A stretch of DNA of 63,795 bases, the filler included, from Octopus bimaculoides (taxonomy: Eukaryota), in the NCBI RefSeq assembly GCF_001194135.2. It is 6 parts of 6 records of this genome, joined end to end, with 100 filler letters (N's around TTAATTAATTAA, not from the genome) between each part and the next. Parts side by side here need not be neighbours in the genome. Positions count along the whole stretch, not along the records: positions 1 to 27,345 come from NC_069004.1; positions 27,446 to 53,371 come from NC_068997.1; 4 more parts are not named here. One strand, written 5' to 3'. The notes below the pieces were generated by a model. It made no database searches and was not told the origin of the DNA. It worked only from the letters and a program-made list of their open reading frames with translations. Numbering within the stretch: the first letter of the stretch is position 1; each line of letters begins with the position of its first letter. Shown one piece after another: positions 26,991 through 40,003 of the stretch. The position numbers were made by a program, and so were the translations under genes.

Positions 26991-27294
26991 TTCATGTGAT
27001 GTTTCTGATATTGTTATGTCAAGTGTGTGTGGGGGGGTGCCGGGTGTCGGCATGTGCGTGTGTGTGTGTGTGTCTGTGTGTGTGTGTGTGTCTGTGTGTG
27101 TGCAAGCACGCGTGTATGTGTAGATAAAATGTATGTATGTATGTATGTATTCACATATGCGCATAGAAACGGAGATACATACACACATGCACACACGCAC
27201 GCAAGCACGCACGATCACACACACACAGATATATGTATATATATATACAAACATAGTGAGATGTATATGTACATGAATCTATATGCATTTAAAT

Positions 27295-27345
<51 letters not shown>

Positions 27346-27445
27346 NNNNNNNNNNNNNNNNNNNNNNNNNNNNNNNNNNNNNNNNNNNNTTAATTAATTA
27401 ANNNNNNNNNNNNNNNNNNNNNNNNNNNNNNNNNNNNNNNNNNNN
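27346..27445. other. Artificial 100-bp scaffold spacer (44N-TTAATTAATTAA-44N)
   Basis: Exact 44+12+44 structure; the 12-mer has stops in all six frames. Confidence 0.95.
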
Positions 27446-27679
27446 TTTTTTTTTTGTACAATTTAAAAAAAAATACTAATTTAAATTATTTTAAAAATAA
27501 GTAGTAAGTTTGTTTTCTTTCTTGAGCCTTTATATGATGGCACAAAGTGTAGAAACTTAAAGTGTAAATATTTTCTGCTTTAAATACTCCTTGAATCTTA
27601 TCTGGGGAAAAAAATGTCAGTGAAGTTCTAATGCTATACATATCATGTTGTTCACTATGAAGATGAATGATGACAAAAA

Positions 27680-27721
<42 letters not shown>

Positions 27722-28820
27722 GTTATTAATGTACTTTTTCAATTTTTTTTTTTTCTAAAATCTTTTGAAGATGTTCCATTTGAAATTTTTAGATTCTGCA
27801 TTTCAAGTGAACTAGTTTTGTTTATTTAGTTTTAAATCATGAAATGAACACTTCTCTGCAGAACTGCAATTATCCCCCAACCTCCCCCACCCCACACTTA
27901 ATCCAAGTGAGCAATTTCTCTACTCACAGAAACAATGATTTTTTTACATAGTCACACAACATCGAATTACTGGTACTTAGTTTATTAGTCCCAGTAGAAT
28001 GAATAAATAGTAAAATAATCTTAAGACCTTTTCTCTTCACTTACATATTGGAAATAATGAAAGATTCCAGAAAAGAATGATGCCTTCAGCTTTTCAGTGG
28101 GGAAACAGTATGCCTTGTGTGCTTATATCAATATAAATTATAGCATTGATACACAGGCCATACCCTTTTTTTTCCTTTTATAAGACATATTCATGAATGT
28201 CTTTATGAAAACCTGTCTCTCACTAGTTGCCATGCCAAGTTTAAGTTGGAGAATTCTGGAAATTTACATTTAATTACTAATTACCAATTCCATGCATCAC
28301 ATGAAAATTTCTTTCTCACGAATATTTCTTTAAAATCTGGTCAAATTCATTATTCTGTAACATTTCTACAGAAAAAGTCCATTTGATGAAGAGAAATATA
28401 ATATTTTGAAATTAATGTTTTTAATTGATATTTTCAACTTTGCTTTATTTTTTTTTTTTGTATTTTCTGCTGTGTTGAAGAAAAATTAAAACACAATTTA
28501 TTTTTTATTCAAAACATTGGAATCTTACTAAATATTACTATTTATACTTTCATCTTCCAATCTCACTTTTCCATATTAAATTACAAAGTTTGTGAGTATT
28601 TTCAATTACAATATAAAAATGCCTTTGAGAATTGTGATTCTCTTTGAAGATTGCAGAAACAAAATGCAATACTTTCATGTAATAATTGCTGCTAAATGTT
28701 TTCTTGTTACTTATTCCAATTTCAAATGAATATAAAGCAGTAATTTATTCCTTTGTTCTCCAAATATTGATGCACTTAGATACATAGTGATCTTCTATAA
28801 TATTATTTTCTACATACACA

Positions 28821-28823
<3 letters not shown>

Positions 28824-28905
<82 letters not shown>
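28824..28905. repeat. (CA)n microsatellite
   Basis: Direct reading. Confidence 0.95.
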
Positions 28906-28907
<2 letters not shown>

Positions 28908-30619
28908 GCTGTGTATTATATACATTAAATTATGCTGTCAAGTGTTGAGTCTCACCTATATACTTGGCTGATTTTAGAAAAATAAGTAGCTGATTGCAGT
29001 ATTTTGCTGTTTTGACACTCTTTAGATGTAAAGCCATGTTGAATGATAGCATTGTTCATCTTACAATTCCCTCATGTCCTTGACTTTATTAATTTATAAA
29101 GCATATATCTCCCTAAATATTATATTATCTATTATACAGTTATTCAAAACTCAAGCTTTCAAGAATTTTTGTACTAATGCAGGCAAAATAATCCCGTTTA
29201 GACTAAAACTGAAAAATTTATTAAAAACATAGAAATAGTGTTAATTACTTTTGAGATTAAGGTAGTGGAATTTTACTTTACATCTACAGTCATCACATAA
29301 TAATCATTATTTTTAAAGAATCTGTCCAGAGTTTATAGTTGCAAGGGCTTTTTCCATTCCCTAAATTTTTACATGGTGTGAGAAATAATTCTCTGTTAAG
29401 AACTTGAATTATAAATGATTTTATTTTAATTTTAGCTGAAGTCGATGCCAATTGCTCATTGGTCTGGCATAGGTGAAAGTTTTGTAGAAATATTGAATTA
29501 AGTCAATGATATACTCTATTATTAACTTTTCATAAAAGAAAATGGACTAGTTGTAGAAAAAATATATGATTGCATGAACTATGGAATTCCTGAGTGTTAT
29601 TAGGCCCAGATTAAGAAAAGAAAAAAAAAAGAGGACACAGCATCCACTGTAGCTAATGATAACTAATCTTCTCATCAAATACTCCAACCCAAATTTTCTC
29701 AATCAATAATAATTTATAGAGGTATAAACTTTGTGATTTCCAATACCTTCATAGATTCTTTCAGTTAATAACAGATGCTTTAACATCTGAAGTAGGTTTC
29801 TAAAAGATTGTTGTTACAATAATTAAAAATATTTTAGTAATTCTTACTTCTAATGAATGAACATTAATTTTCTCATTGAAATTAGATGTTCATGATAAAT
29901 TGCAGAAGACGATCACTATAAGTCAAAATCAATTAACTAAATAATTCATATGTAATTTTGGTAAGACTTAGAAAGGAATAATTCAATTAACAATTTAAAT
30001 CAAACATTTATGTAAGATAAGTTGAAATATAGTCAAGAATATTTTAAATAATGCAATTAATGAATTGTGGTTTGATCTAAAACATTATTCTTTGATTGTT
30101 TTTAAGTAGATGTTTTTGAGCATTGATTTAAATCAATACCTGTTTTAATAACAATATTTACAAACTAAAACTGCCTATAGAATAAACATTCAAAAAGCCA
30201 TTCGGTTTCAATACATTGGCAAATTGAAAATGATGAACAAAGATATAATAGTTGCAGGATGGTTGGCAACATACTTAAATGTAATATCGCCTTAAAATTA
30301 ACATATCATGTTTGCTATAGACTGGAATGGAAATCAAATCACTATAATTAAAAGTGATTATGAAACTGATGTTGTTCAATTATCCACTAATAAAAAGAAT
30401 ACGTGGCTTATGATAAAATGTAAAGTTTTTATCATTCAATACAAGATTGCTTAGAGGAAAAGATAGCATTAGAAAAAATGTCTGCACAGTTGAGAGTAAA
30501 ATCTATTTAGAGAAGCTAAAGGCTAATAAACTTGAAAAAATTTACTCTGTGTGCATAAGACAGACATCATAAACCAGAATCGAGTTGGTCATACCAATAT
30601 GACATTTACTTACCTTATA

Positions 30620-31290
30620 TGTCTACTTTAAAGAAAGATAAACTTCTTTAATACAATTTCTGGATGTGTATCATTAGCCCAGTTTCTCCAAAAATGTTTA
30701 ACTATCAAGTATTTCTGGTATGTGAACACATCTCTTATGTTATCTTTTCCTGTTAATTGCCCTTCTCAGAGTATGCTGAAAGATCCATGTAATATTTTTG
30801 GGTTTCCAAGAATCAAATGGCTCTCCTGTCAGTCAAACGTGCTCTCCCAAAGTAACCTTTCTGGATATATTACATCATCTTTTCATCAGTAGCATGGTTC
30901 AATGGATTTAATGCTTGGTTTGTAGACAGACAAGTTGCTGCATTTTTGGAAATGAACTTAAAATTGTTGGAACATCCTCAAAAATCTTATAATCGATGAA
31001 TCATACTGAAAAGTATCAAGTATAGTTTTTGACCCTTACAACCCAGATCTATTTCAAAAACACTACAATAATCTCTTTTTTTTTTATTCTATTATGCAAG
31101 AAATACTTGCCCTTGTGTTTGCCAAAGCAAGCATCACTTTCAAATCAGAAATACCTAGAAAATTTAAAAGCCTGATGCAAAAAACCCCAAAAAAGATCTT
31201 TTGAAGATCATCCTTGGCCTTTCCCAATGCTTCTCTTGTGATCCTTTACTTCCATTATAGCATTGTGCCTAACCTTATGAACAGCTCTGC
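30620..31290 (-). mobile_element. Highly decayed RTE-like LINE fragment (end of RT to C-terminus)
   Basis: Broken minus frames give LGTML, R.IGKAKDDLQKI (cf. RRIGMAKDAFQKL) and EGQLTGK, in the order expected for RTE ORFs; many stops and frameshifts. Confidence 0.4.
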
Positions 31291-32054
31291 ACACTTTACA
31301 GAGAAACAAATTCATGTTCCAAGCTAATGCTTATATGTACTCAGCATGAAGAAATTTTAGTAGGTACCTACATTTCAATGCCATTCTAAGGTTCATAATC
31401 TGGGATTACATTAGAAGAAGAATTGGTACAAATTAGAACAACTTTTTTATCTCATACAATTTTTTTCTCAGTTAAAATTGTCATGGATAATTTTCTTTAA
31501 TAATGGATTCATCTTGATTCCTAAGAATTGCTCTGGAACCAAAACAGGATCAAACTTCAAGGGTCTCTTTTTATTTCACCATTCCATTGTTGATGTTTTC
31601 TGGAATGTTTCAGGAATCAGAGGCAATTTATGTTTTAGCCCTTCTTCATTTTATTTTTTTCTCACAAGGTTATGTACAGTTTTATAACAGTTTGACCCAT
31701 TGCTAATCTAGCCTGACAACACCAGCAGGTATGAAATAATTTATTCCCCACTTTATTTAGAAGAGCCTTGCATTACAAGAGATGTAATGACTTAGACTGG
31801 TGGGTGAGGAGGGAGTTACATTCAACTATGAATGCTTTTGCTACTTTCTCACTTCTTTTTTCATTTTCCATTTGCTTTCATCTCTATTGTTCATTTATTT
31901 ATTCTCTGCTAGATTGTATCCTTTCAGAATATCATTTGGTTATCCTTCAGGAGAGAAATGTGGAAGAGAAAGAGAGATAACTGAAGGTATTGTATCAATT
32001 TCCTCTCTTCACAATGCTTCAACTGGTTTTACAACACTAATCCATGCAATCAAC

Positions 32055-32108
<54 letters not shown>

Positions 32109-32574
32109 CGCACACATCTTACATTTTTTTAAAATTCTTTTTTCTGACACATGTAAACTGACCAATCTATCAGCTGTAACAGCTCCCTGAACATCTATTC
32201 CATTCGTCAGTTTGATAGTGTAATTCTAAGCAATTTCTTATTCATATATAAAGACGAGCAAACTGCATGCTTTTTTATTTCCACAATTGTTCCCTGCTTG
32301 CTTCTATGTTCTATAATGGTATTTCATACAAGTCCATGCAGTGTATAATATCTTACAAAGCTTATAAACATCATCTCTGTATCCTCGGCCAAAATGCTCA
32401 TGATTTCATGATTTTCTTGTTTTATACAAATATATACAACTATATATGAACATACACACATGGATACAATTTACACACACATAATGTGCTTATAAACATG
32501 AATTTGCACACACATGCACACATAAATATTAAGCTATTGATAACACCTAGAAAATGGTGCTGCTTTTCCATTTA

Positions 32575-33005
32575 CCAAAGTGAATGGAATTTTGGCAGGA
32601 GGAATTCATGTCATCAGACGGTATCCAGCGATCATCAGGTGTTTTGGTCTTGAACTGCAGCACCCTCCTGATGGTGAGTCAGCAGGGATGGCCAAATCCC
32701 TGCTCATCATCTCCCCCTGGCTTCCAGCTTAACCAGTAAGAGACCGTTTCTGCCGCCTCTCCCATTCTACACATAACCACTCTTCATTGCAATGGTTGTA
32801 ATCATCTTCCATGTCGACGGGGCAGAGAATCCCTTACAGCCAAGGTCAACTGGGAAAAACCATGACTGCCATCTTTTCTTGCAATCTTGCAGAAAGTGCT
32901 CGTACTTGGCACACTTAACTTCAGAGGCCTGATCAAACCCTTCTTCCTGCAGGACTGGAAGCTCAATTCAGTATAATTTTGAAACTTCATCACCAAATAT
33001 TTGGC
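32575..33005 (-). mobile_element. 3' end of a HERO-like non-LTR retrotransposon with restriction-like endonuclease domain
   Basis: Minus translation IELPVLQEEGFDQASEVKCAKYEHFLQDCKKRWQSWFFPVDLGCKGFSAPSTWKMITT (32967-32773) has the IELxV, KxxKY and PV(E/D)xGCxGF motifs; then frameshifted GEAAETVSYWLSWKPG and a non-coding 3' region. Confidence 0.8.
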
Positions 33006-33054
33006 TACAATTGTAATTATAATCACTTTGTCTTCATGGTTCTATCAAGTCAAT

Positions 33055-33056
33055 AT

Positions 33057-33094
<38 letters not shown>

Positions 33095-33460
33095 ACGCGT
33101 GTGTGTGTGTGTGTGCATGCGTGTGTGTGTGTGTGTGCACGCGTGTGTGTGTGTGTGTGTGCATGCGTGTGTGTGCGTGTGAGTAAGAATAGAAAGGGAT
33201 TATCTTCATGAAAACATGTGACTTTTAAGAGGGAGAGACAGTGAGACTGGCTCTGTGTGTATGTGTGTGCAGATGTGTGTGTGCACATGTGTGTGCATGT
33301 GTATGTGTGCACTGTGTGTATGCACCTGTATGTATGCGTGCACGTGTGCATATGTGTGTGCACCTGTGTGTGCACCTGTGTGCGTATGTGTGCGTGTGTG
33401 TGTGTGTATGTGTGTGTGTGTGTGTGTGTGCGTGCGCGCACACGTGTGTGTGTGCCTACA
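33055..33460. repeat. Degenerate (TG)n/(TGCA) tracts
   Basis: Direct reading; source of several spurious Cys/Val and His/Thr ORFs. Confidence 0.9.
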
Positions 33461-34209
33461 CATAATTACGTGCACTTGTATTTCTGAAAGTGCAAACCTT
33501 GTTCTTTTATTCTATTTCTTTTATATCCTTCAACATAATGAAATTGCTCATGTGCCATTCTCTATTTTATTTTTCATTGTTCCTTCTTTGGTTGACTTTG
33601 TTTCAAAACTATCTTTTTCTGCCATGACATTAATAATGTGCTGAATAGAAACATCCAGAATTATATTCCTCCATAGAGCTGTGGAAACAAGTTTCTCTTC
33701 AGTTTGATTTTTTCATACAAAGCCATGATACCATACAAGAGTAGGCTTATCAGTTTTTTGCAACTTGCACCTTAATGACTAACATAATATGAGAGTAAAC
33801 AGTACATAGTTCAATAATAATAAGGATAATGATAATTTTTTTTATGTATTGCCATAAAAACAATGAAGGAGCGGATATAATAGCAAGAGGCTGCAAAACA
33901 GGAGGGGGGGGGGGAAAATTTTCATAAAAATGAAATGAAATAAAAAAAGAAGTGAAAGGACACGCAATAAACATATATGAGTAATTTTTAAGAAAAAGTG
34001 TGCCACCTAGAACCAATCAAAGAATCCCTGTATAGTTTTGATTACACTGATTAGGAAAGATAAGTGGTCTCTTCCACCTGTGTTAATGACAGGTGCCTAT
34101 TGAGAGCAAGAACATTTAGTAGTGTTGTGCAATTGGAGCGACAAGGGTGGTTGCCGAAGGGCAAAATTTCAAAAGAAAGTAAAATAAAATGGTAAGAAAT
34201 AGCTCAGTT

Positions 34210-34900
34210 ATCCAACAATGGTTGCCTTACTTTGGCGGATGACAAACCATGTTGGGCTTCTGAACACATTCACTGAGGCCAGTATCAACGACTCACTCTC
34301 CACCTTCACCTTCAAGTGAAAATTGCAAAAGTCAATGAGGGTGTTGGGTGGAAAATGGAAGTGTTTGTCTTCCAGCCTTCTAGTCTTGTCTATTGCATAT
34401 TGTTTGTCCCTGTATCCACAGAGACAAAACAAAACTGTTTGTTCTCACCCAAAGGAAGTTTTCAGAGTGATTCTCCCACCTCCAATGGAATCAGCTGATT
34501 GATCCTTCACAAAACAACAGCTGTTCAACACAATTCCATGAGTCAGCAATGCTCAGACACTGAAAGAGCTCTTGCAGAAGAATTTTGGTGCTGTGCACAT
34601 ATCTCAGACCTGGTTGCAGGCACTTCTATATCTGTCTATTCATCTCAAAGCAACAATGTTCCTGGAACACTGGTAAGCCAGGGATTTCTGGAAGTTATCC
34701 ATTGTACCTGAACTGACTGTCCTTCCAAACAAATTAGCCAGTTTAGCTCATTCTTGTCAGCACACAAACTTGACCCTGAAAGTATTGATCACATTTCCTC
34801 ACCCCTAGTTCTCTATAAAACGCTTACATGAAAGTTCTGCTCGTCAGTCTGTCCAAATGTTGGAAGACTGCAAGTTCATGGCAACATTCTAGGCAATTGT
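34210..34900 (-). mobile_element. Decayed L1/Tx1-clade LINE, ORF2 C-terminal (zf-RVT) region
   Basis: Minus frames give FYREL..RKCD, LANLFGRT..GTMDNFQKSLAYQC, LFQCLSIADSWNCVEQLL and LIDFCNFHLKVKV, colinear with Tx1-like ORF2 C-termini as I remember them. Confidence 0.65.
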
Positions 34901-37382
34901 GATCTTTATTCATCCCAGGAATGCAGTTCTGGCAATGAGATGACTGCATTAAACTTTCACATGGCTACATTAGCATACATGTGAATATTTGCCTTTTTTA
35001 CCATGTTTACATTTTTTCTTTTGTATAACAACAAAGAAATATTATCTTCTCAGTACATTTTGTAACAGAGTTAGCAACAATGCTGGTTGTCATTGTAATG
35101 CTAATAGAATCTCTTTTGGGAGTGATAACACTAGAAGAATAGGCTGAAGGCATTTGGTAGAATAAACAAACTAGAAACAGTGAAGTCGATAGGAATAAAA
35201 ATTATCAACTGAATGTAACCTAAAATTGTGAGTTTCTTGTTTGAGGATTACATTTAGAAATTCATTCCATTTCTTATATGTTCTTTTAGAGAAACTCTCC
35301 TGAGATAAGCATTAAAGCTGAGAGAAATTCAAACTACTAATTACAATTACAAAATGAGGATTTTATTGCTGAGAAATGTTTGATGTGCAATATTTCACTC
35401 AAGTTTTATTTAACTGCTTTGTATTTGAATACAAGACTAGATTTTGCATGATATGTATAATAATAAAGCCAAAACAAAACTATTGGTGATGCATATTGTA
35501 TCAAGACTAGAAACTAAACCTTATGTATGGTTTTTAATAAGGTCAGAACTAGGCTGCACATGATATTTATCATGAATAATCAAGAAATTGTTGAAGTGTT
35601 TAAAATACCAAGGTTAGAACTAAACTTCACAAAACTATGTTCTGGGAATGTATGCCAAAAGTTCTAACAATTTATACTGAGCTAGATTCTTCAAGATATT
35701 TTACATATTTTGAAAACCAAAGATGAACCATCAAGAACACGAAAATTATCTGTATTAAGAAAAAAACATTCAAATAACAACTATTTCAATAAAATCAAAA
35801 TAACAACTCTTTAATCTTTCGTCTTTCAGTAATTTTAAAAAAAAACATGGAAATTACATGTAAAAAATGAAGCAACATACATTCATTAAGAACCCTTTAA
35901 TGTATTTTTTTCAATTAATCAATATTTATTTATCTAATTCAAGTCAATTAGAGTCACTTAGATGGCTTATTCTAATTAGATGCATCCATCAATGAATGTT
36001 CAAGAGGTTCCTTTTTATATTCATGTCATAACATGTGATGTTTCCTCTTGGCACTGAAATTTCTGACCCATTCATTAATTCTATATGGTACCTATTTACA
36101 ACTAGATAGACTACTCCAAGGAAAATTAAGTGTTATGACCACAGTTACAGATCATTACTGGATATGGGATACAAACTGTTGATTTTCTCAGCAGCAGACG
36201 ACTTCACTAGCAAATTGCATTGCAATTATTGCTATATTATTTATAGAAATATTATTTTTATGAAAACAAATATTTATACTGATTTGTTATTTTAAAATCA
36301 TGAGGAACGAAAATGAATGTAAATGGTTGGTTTTGTTTGATAAAACACAAAGGTTAATTTTTCCTGACTGCATTAAACTGAAGAAATGGGTGTGTGTGTG
36401 TGTGTGTGTGTGTCTATGACAACACTTATCCTCTAAACTCTTAGATTTTTTTTTTTTTCGTATTTGAAAAGGGGGAATCTTTCCACCAAAATTAAACATC
36501 ATGGTAAAGTAATACAATATCTTCTCTTTATTTTCATCTAATGACATCATCTTACCTATTTTCCCTAACTTCTCACCTACATTGCTCAAAGGTTTTTATA
36601 ACATTTCTATCAAATATATTCAAATCATCTGGATCCATGAAATGGAGTAACTTTCCATAATCTCATTATCAAAATAAACTATGCACTCCACATAATTGTT
36701 TATTGACTTCTCAACTGAATTATCATTTTCTTCAGATATACCCTGGGTATATTACATATATTATAAAACCATGAGGTATGAAAGAGAATATTAACATTTT
36801 TTTTTCTGGTGCCATAAAAGAAAACATGGTTAATTTTTCCTGAGAGTGTTAATCTGAAGAAATTTGCTTATATTATAACTCATGAAACTTTAAAATATTC
36901 AAAACTGGTAGAATTACATACAAAGATTAACTTACCAAAGGCAATCTCTTTTGACAAATAGAATTCTAACTCCAGAACAGAATTTAATTGTGTCCAACTT
37001 GATAGATAGTTTATATATCTGTCACTGTAAGAGAAAAATAAAGTAGATATATGTAGATGTCTGTATACAGATCATTTAGATAAAGATGAAGAAATCTCAA
37101 GATAATTCAGTAACATTGTATAGCATGAAGCATGAGAGAACAGGAGTGTATGGTTAAATATCTGCATAGATTTGAATGTACTTGAAATGTAATGACCAGT
37201 GGGGAAGATAATAACTATCAAATTGTAGAAGATGGCAAATAAGGTGTGTGAGTGTGTGTGAATGAGTGTGTGTGAATGAGTGTGTAAGTAAATATCTTAT
37301 ACATCAAAATAATACATGTGCATACATACATACATACATACAAATATACGCACATATATATATATCTTTAATCTTTATATAT

Positions 37383-37454
<72 letters not shown>

Positions 37455-37820
37455 CTTTCTGTTTGTTTCAGTCATCAGACTGCAGCCATGCTGGAGCACT
37501 GCCTTAAAGAATTTTAGTCAAATGAATCAACCTCCGTACTTATTCTATCGGACTCTTTTGGCAAACTGCTAAGTTACAGTGATGTAAACACAGCACCACT
37601 GGTTGTCAAGCACTGGGTGGCGGGTGGGGGGGGGGCAACACAGACACAAAAACTCACACACTTATACACACATATGTTTCTGTTTACCACTCACAAGGCT
37701 TTGGTTGGCCTGAGGCTATAGTAGAAGATACTCGCCCAAGGTGCCACACAGTGGAACTGAACCTGAAACCATGTGGTTGTAGTCAGATAGCGAACTTCTT
37801 TCCATATAGCCATGCCTGCT
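37455..37820 (-). mobile_element. SINE family A, full length, CpG-decayed
   Basis: TTTCAGTCATCAGACTGCAGCCATGCTGGAGCACTGCC ... CTATAGTAGAAGATACTCGCCCAAGGTGCCACACAGTGGAACTGAACC..ACCATGTGGTTG. Confidence 0.85.
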
Positions 37821-38345
37821 CCTCGTTATTGTAATTTGATTTCAGATTATTTTTGATAGTCAATTTTCGTAATCAGTATTTCATTTTGTAAAATCATTTC
37901 AACTCAAATTACATATGGCAGATCACAAGTGTTTACTGAATTATTTCTCCTTTGGCACATTTTGAAATTGATTTGAATAAGAATTCAATAAGAAGTTTGT
38001 CTGACCCAAGTTAGAATTCCAGCATAGTCTTTGACCTTACCTCTATGGTGCTTTCAGAAAGACATATCAACACAAATTCCATAATGCCTGCTTATTTATG
38101 GTCTAATATATAGGACAAAACTCCTATTTTGGTATGCTAAATTAAAATATAAATAAATATGCTCAAATTTCTTTAAAATGATTTTCTTGAACAATTTTCT
38201 TTGCTCATTCCAAAATTGTTTCTCAGATATCCCCAACCCTAATTTTTGGACAACTTCAAAAAAATATTTTGGAAATTGCTCAAACTTCAGGAATGAGATA
38301 CTGAAAGTAATGATTTCTGAAATCAATAAATTACACACACGCACA

Positions 38346-38390
<45 letters not shown>

Positions 38391-38391
38391 C

Positions 38392-38622
38392 GGCTATAGT
38401 AGAAAACATTCATCAAAGGTGCCACCAGTGGCCATGTGATAAACATCACTGTCATATAAGCAATGTGTGACAACTTGTCCAGCTATGGGAAAATATGACC
38501 TTACTTGAAAGTTGGCGTGATTTGTCAAAAGGAAGGGAATCTGGCCACAGAAAACCAGCCTCTATGAATTCAATCTGACCCATGCAAGCATGAAAAAGTG
38601 GATGTTAAAACAATAATGATGA
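38392..38622 (+). mobile_element. SINE/RTE-tail fragment ending in a (GAT)n-like tail
   Basis: TTGGCGTGA..AAAGGAAGGGAATCTGGCCACAGAAAA..CCCATGCAAGCATGAAAAAGTGGATGTTAAAACAATAATGATGAT; same tail as 50300-50460. Confidence 0.55.
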
Positions 38623-38874
38623 TATATATATACAAACACACAAACATAATTCCTGTGAACTCAACACAATATAATGTAAACTCATAAAGGTTAGATGAAT
38701 AACTACAGTTAATTATGAATAATTTGTAGCTGCAATATCAGTCTCAGGTGAGAAATAAAACAGAATGAAAATTTTGATACACCACATTAAAAACAGAAAG
38801 GTAAACTTATGATTTGTTATATCTCACAGCTTTACAATCATCTCCAGCCATAAAATTTCGTTTTTGTGCTGCCT

Positions 38875-38918
<44 letters not shown>

Positions 38919-39382
38919 ATCTGTTTACATTCACAAATGCTTCACATATGTATAGTATATTCACATTTATTTATTTATTTATTTATGTGTTTCAGCCAAG
39001 TGGCTGCGGTCATGCTGGTGCACCACCAGGAATCTTTTTGGAAGTAAATCTGTGATGCATAATCCAATGAGTTTACAAATATCTGTGCTGTTGAACAAAC
39101 TCATGCTTTCATTGAAAGACCAGTGGGTATCAGAACGTTCAATCCCGGTGCCACTTCTGTCGCAGAGTACTATTTTCACAGCATGCAGTATTCTTTCTAT
39201 TCCATAATTACCAACATCATTAAATAATATGGAGAAACTTCATGCTTTTAATTTCCTTTGGCGTCCAGTCTGCATTGGACAATTATGACATGGAATTTTC
39301 TCCTTCTTCTGAAATGAAGGCACCATTCCTAATTTCAGCAAGCTTGACAATTAGATATTACAGTGCTTTTCAAACAGTTTCT

Positions 39383-39594
39383 TTAACCCTTTTGTTACCG
39401 ACCCGGCTCTGAGTACAAATGTCTTGTTTTCATAAGTTTTGAATTAAAATCTTCCACCAAACCTTAGTCACAATTAATGTTCCTAACACTAGCTTAACGA
39501 TAACTACTTTATTTTACTACATTCTTTGTTATATATAAAGTAATTGAAAGAAACACAGAGCATTTTAAAATAAATACAGTAATGAAAGGGTTAA
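39383..39594. mobile_element. piggyBac-type MITE flanked by TTAA
   Basis: TTAA|CCCTTTTGTTAC ... GTAATGAAAGGG|TTAA: TTAA at both ends, 12-bp imperfect TIRs beginning CCC, 204 bp between the TTAA sites, no ORF. Confidence 0.75.
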
Positions 39595-39828
39595 CTAACA
39601 TTTTCTTAACACACACTTGCTATGATTCAATGCCTCTCCTCCATTTTTATGTGCATACATTTAATATCAGGCCAGAGTTAGTTAATTTCAAGTACTAGTA
39701 GGATTCAAATGATTTAATACCACTGTATTGCAAGCAAATATTATACACATAAATATTGAATATTCATTTCGTTTTTGTATTTGGTTTGCAAGATTCTTTA
39801 TGTGAATTCGTGTATTGAAGCATATTTT

Positions 39829-40003
39829 ATTGTGTCTGGGGAGAGTCATTCTCTTTTAGTACCTTATCATTTAACACACTCACTGGTTCGATTTCCACTC
39901 ATTTACTTATTTATTTTTCCTATAAGTAAATGAGTGGAAATTGAACCGGTGAGTGTGTTAAATAATAAAGCACTGAAAGAGAATGACTCTCCACAGACAC
40001 AAT
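39829..40003. repeat. Fold-back inverted repeat: 82-bp arms, 11-nt loop
   Basis: 39829-39910 versus reverse complement of 39922-40003: 7 mismatches (6 transitions), no indels. Confidence 0.95.

Noticed and set aside
27390-27401. Recurrent TTAATTAATTAA motif as a regulatory or CRISPR-like repeat
   Set aside because: It is always embedded in exactly 44 N on each side, so it is a synthetic linker.
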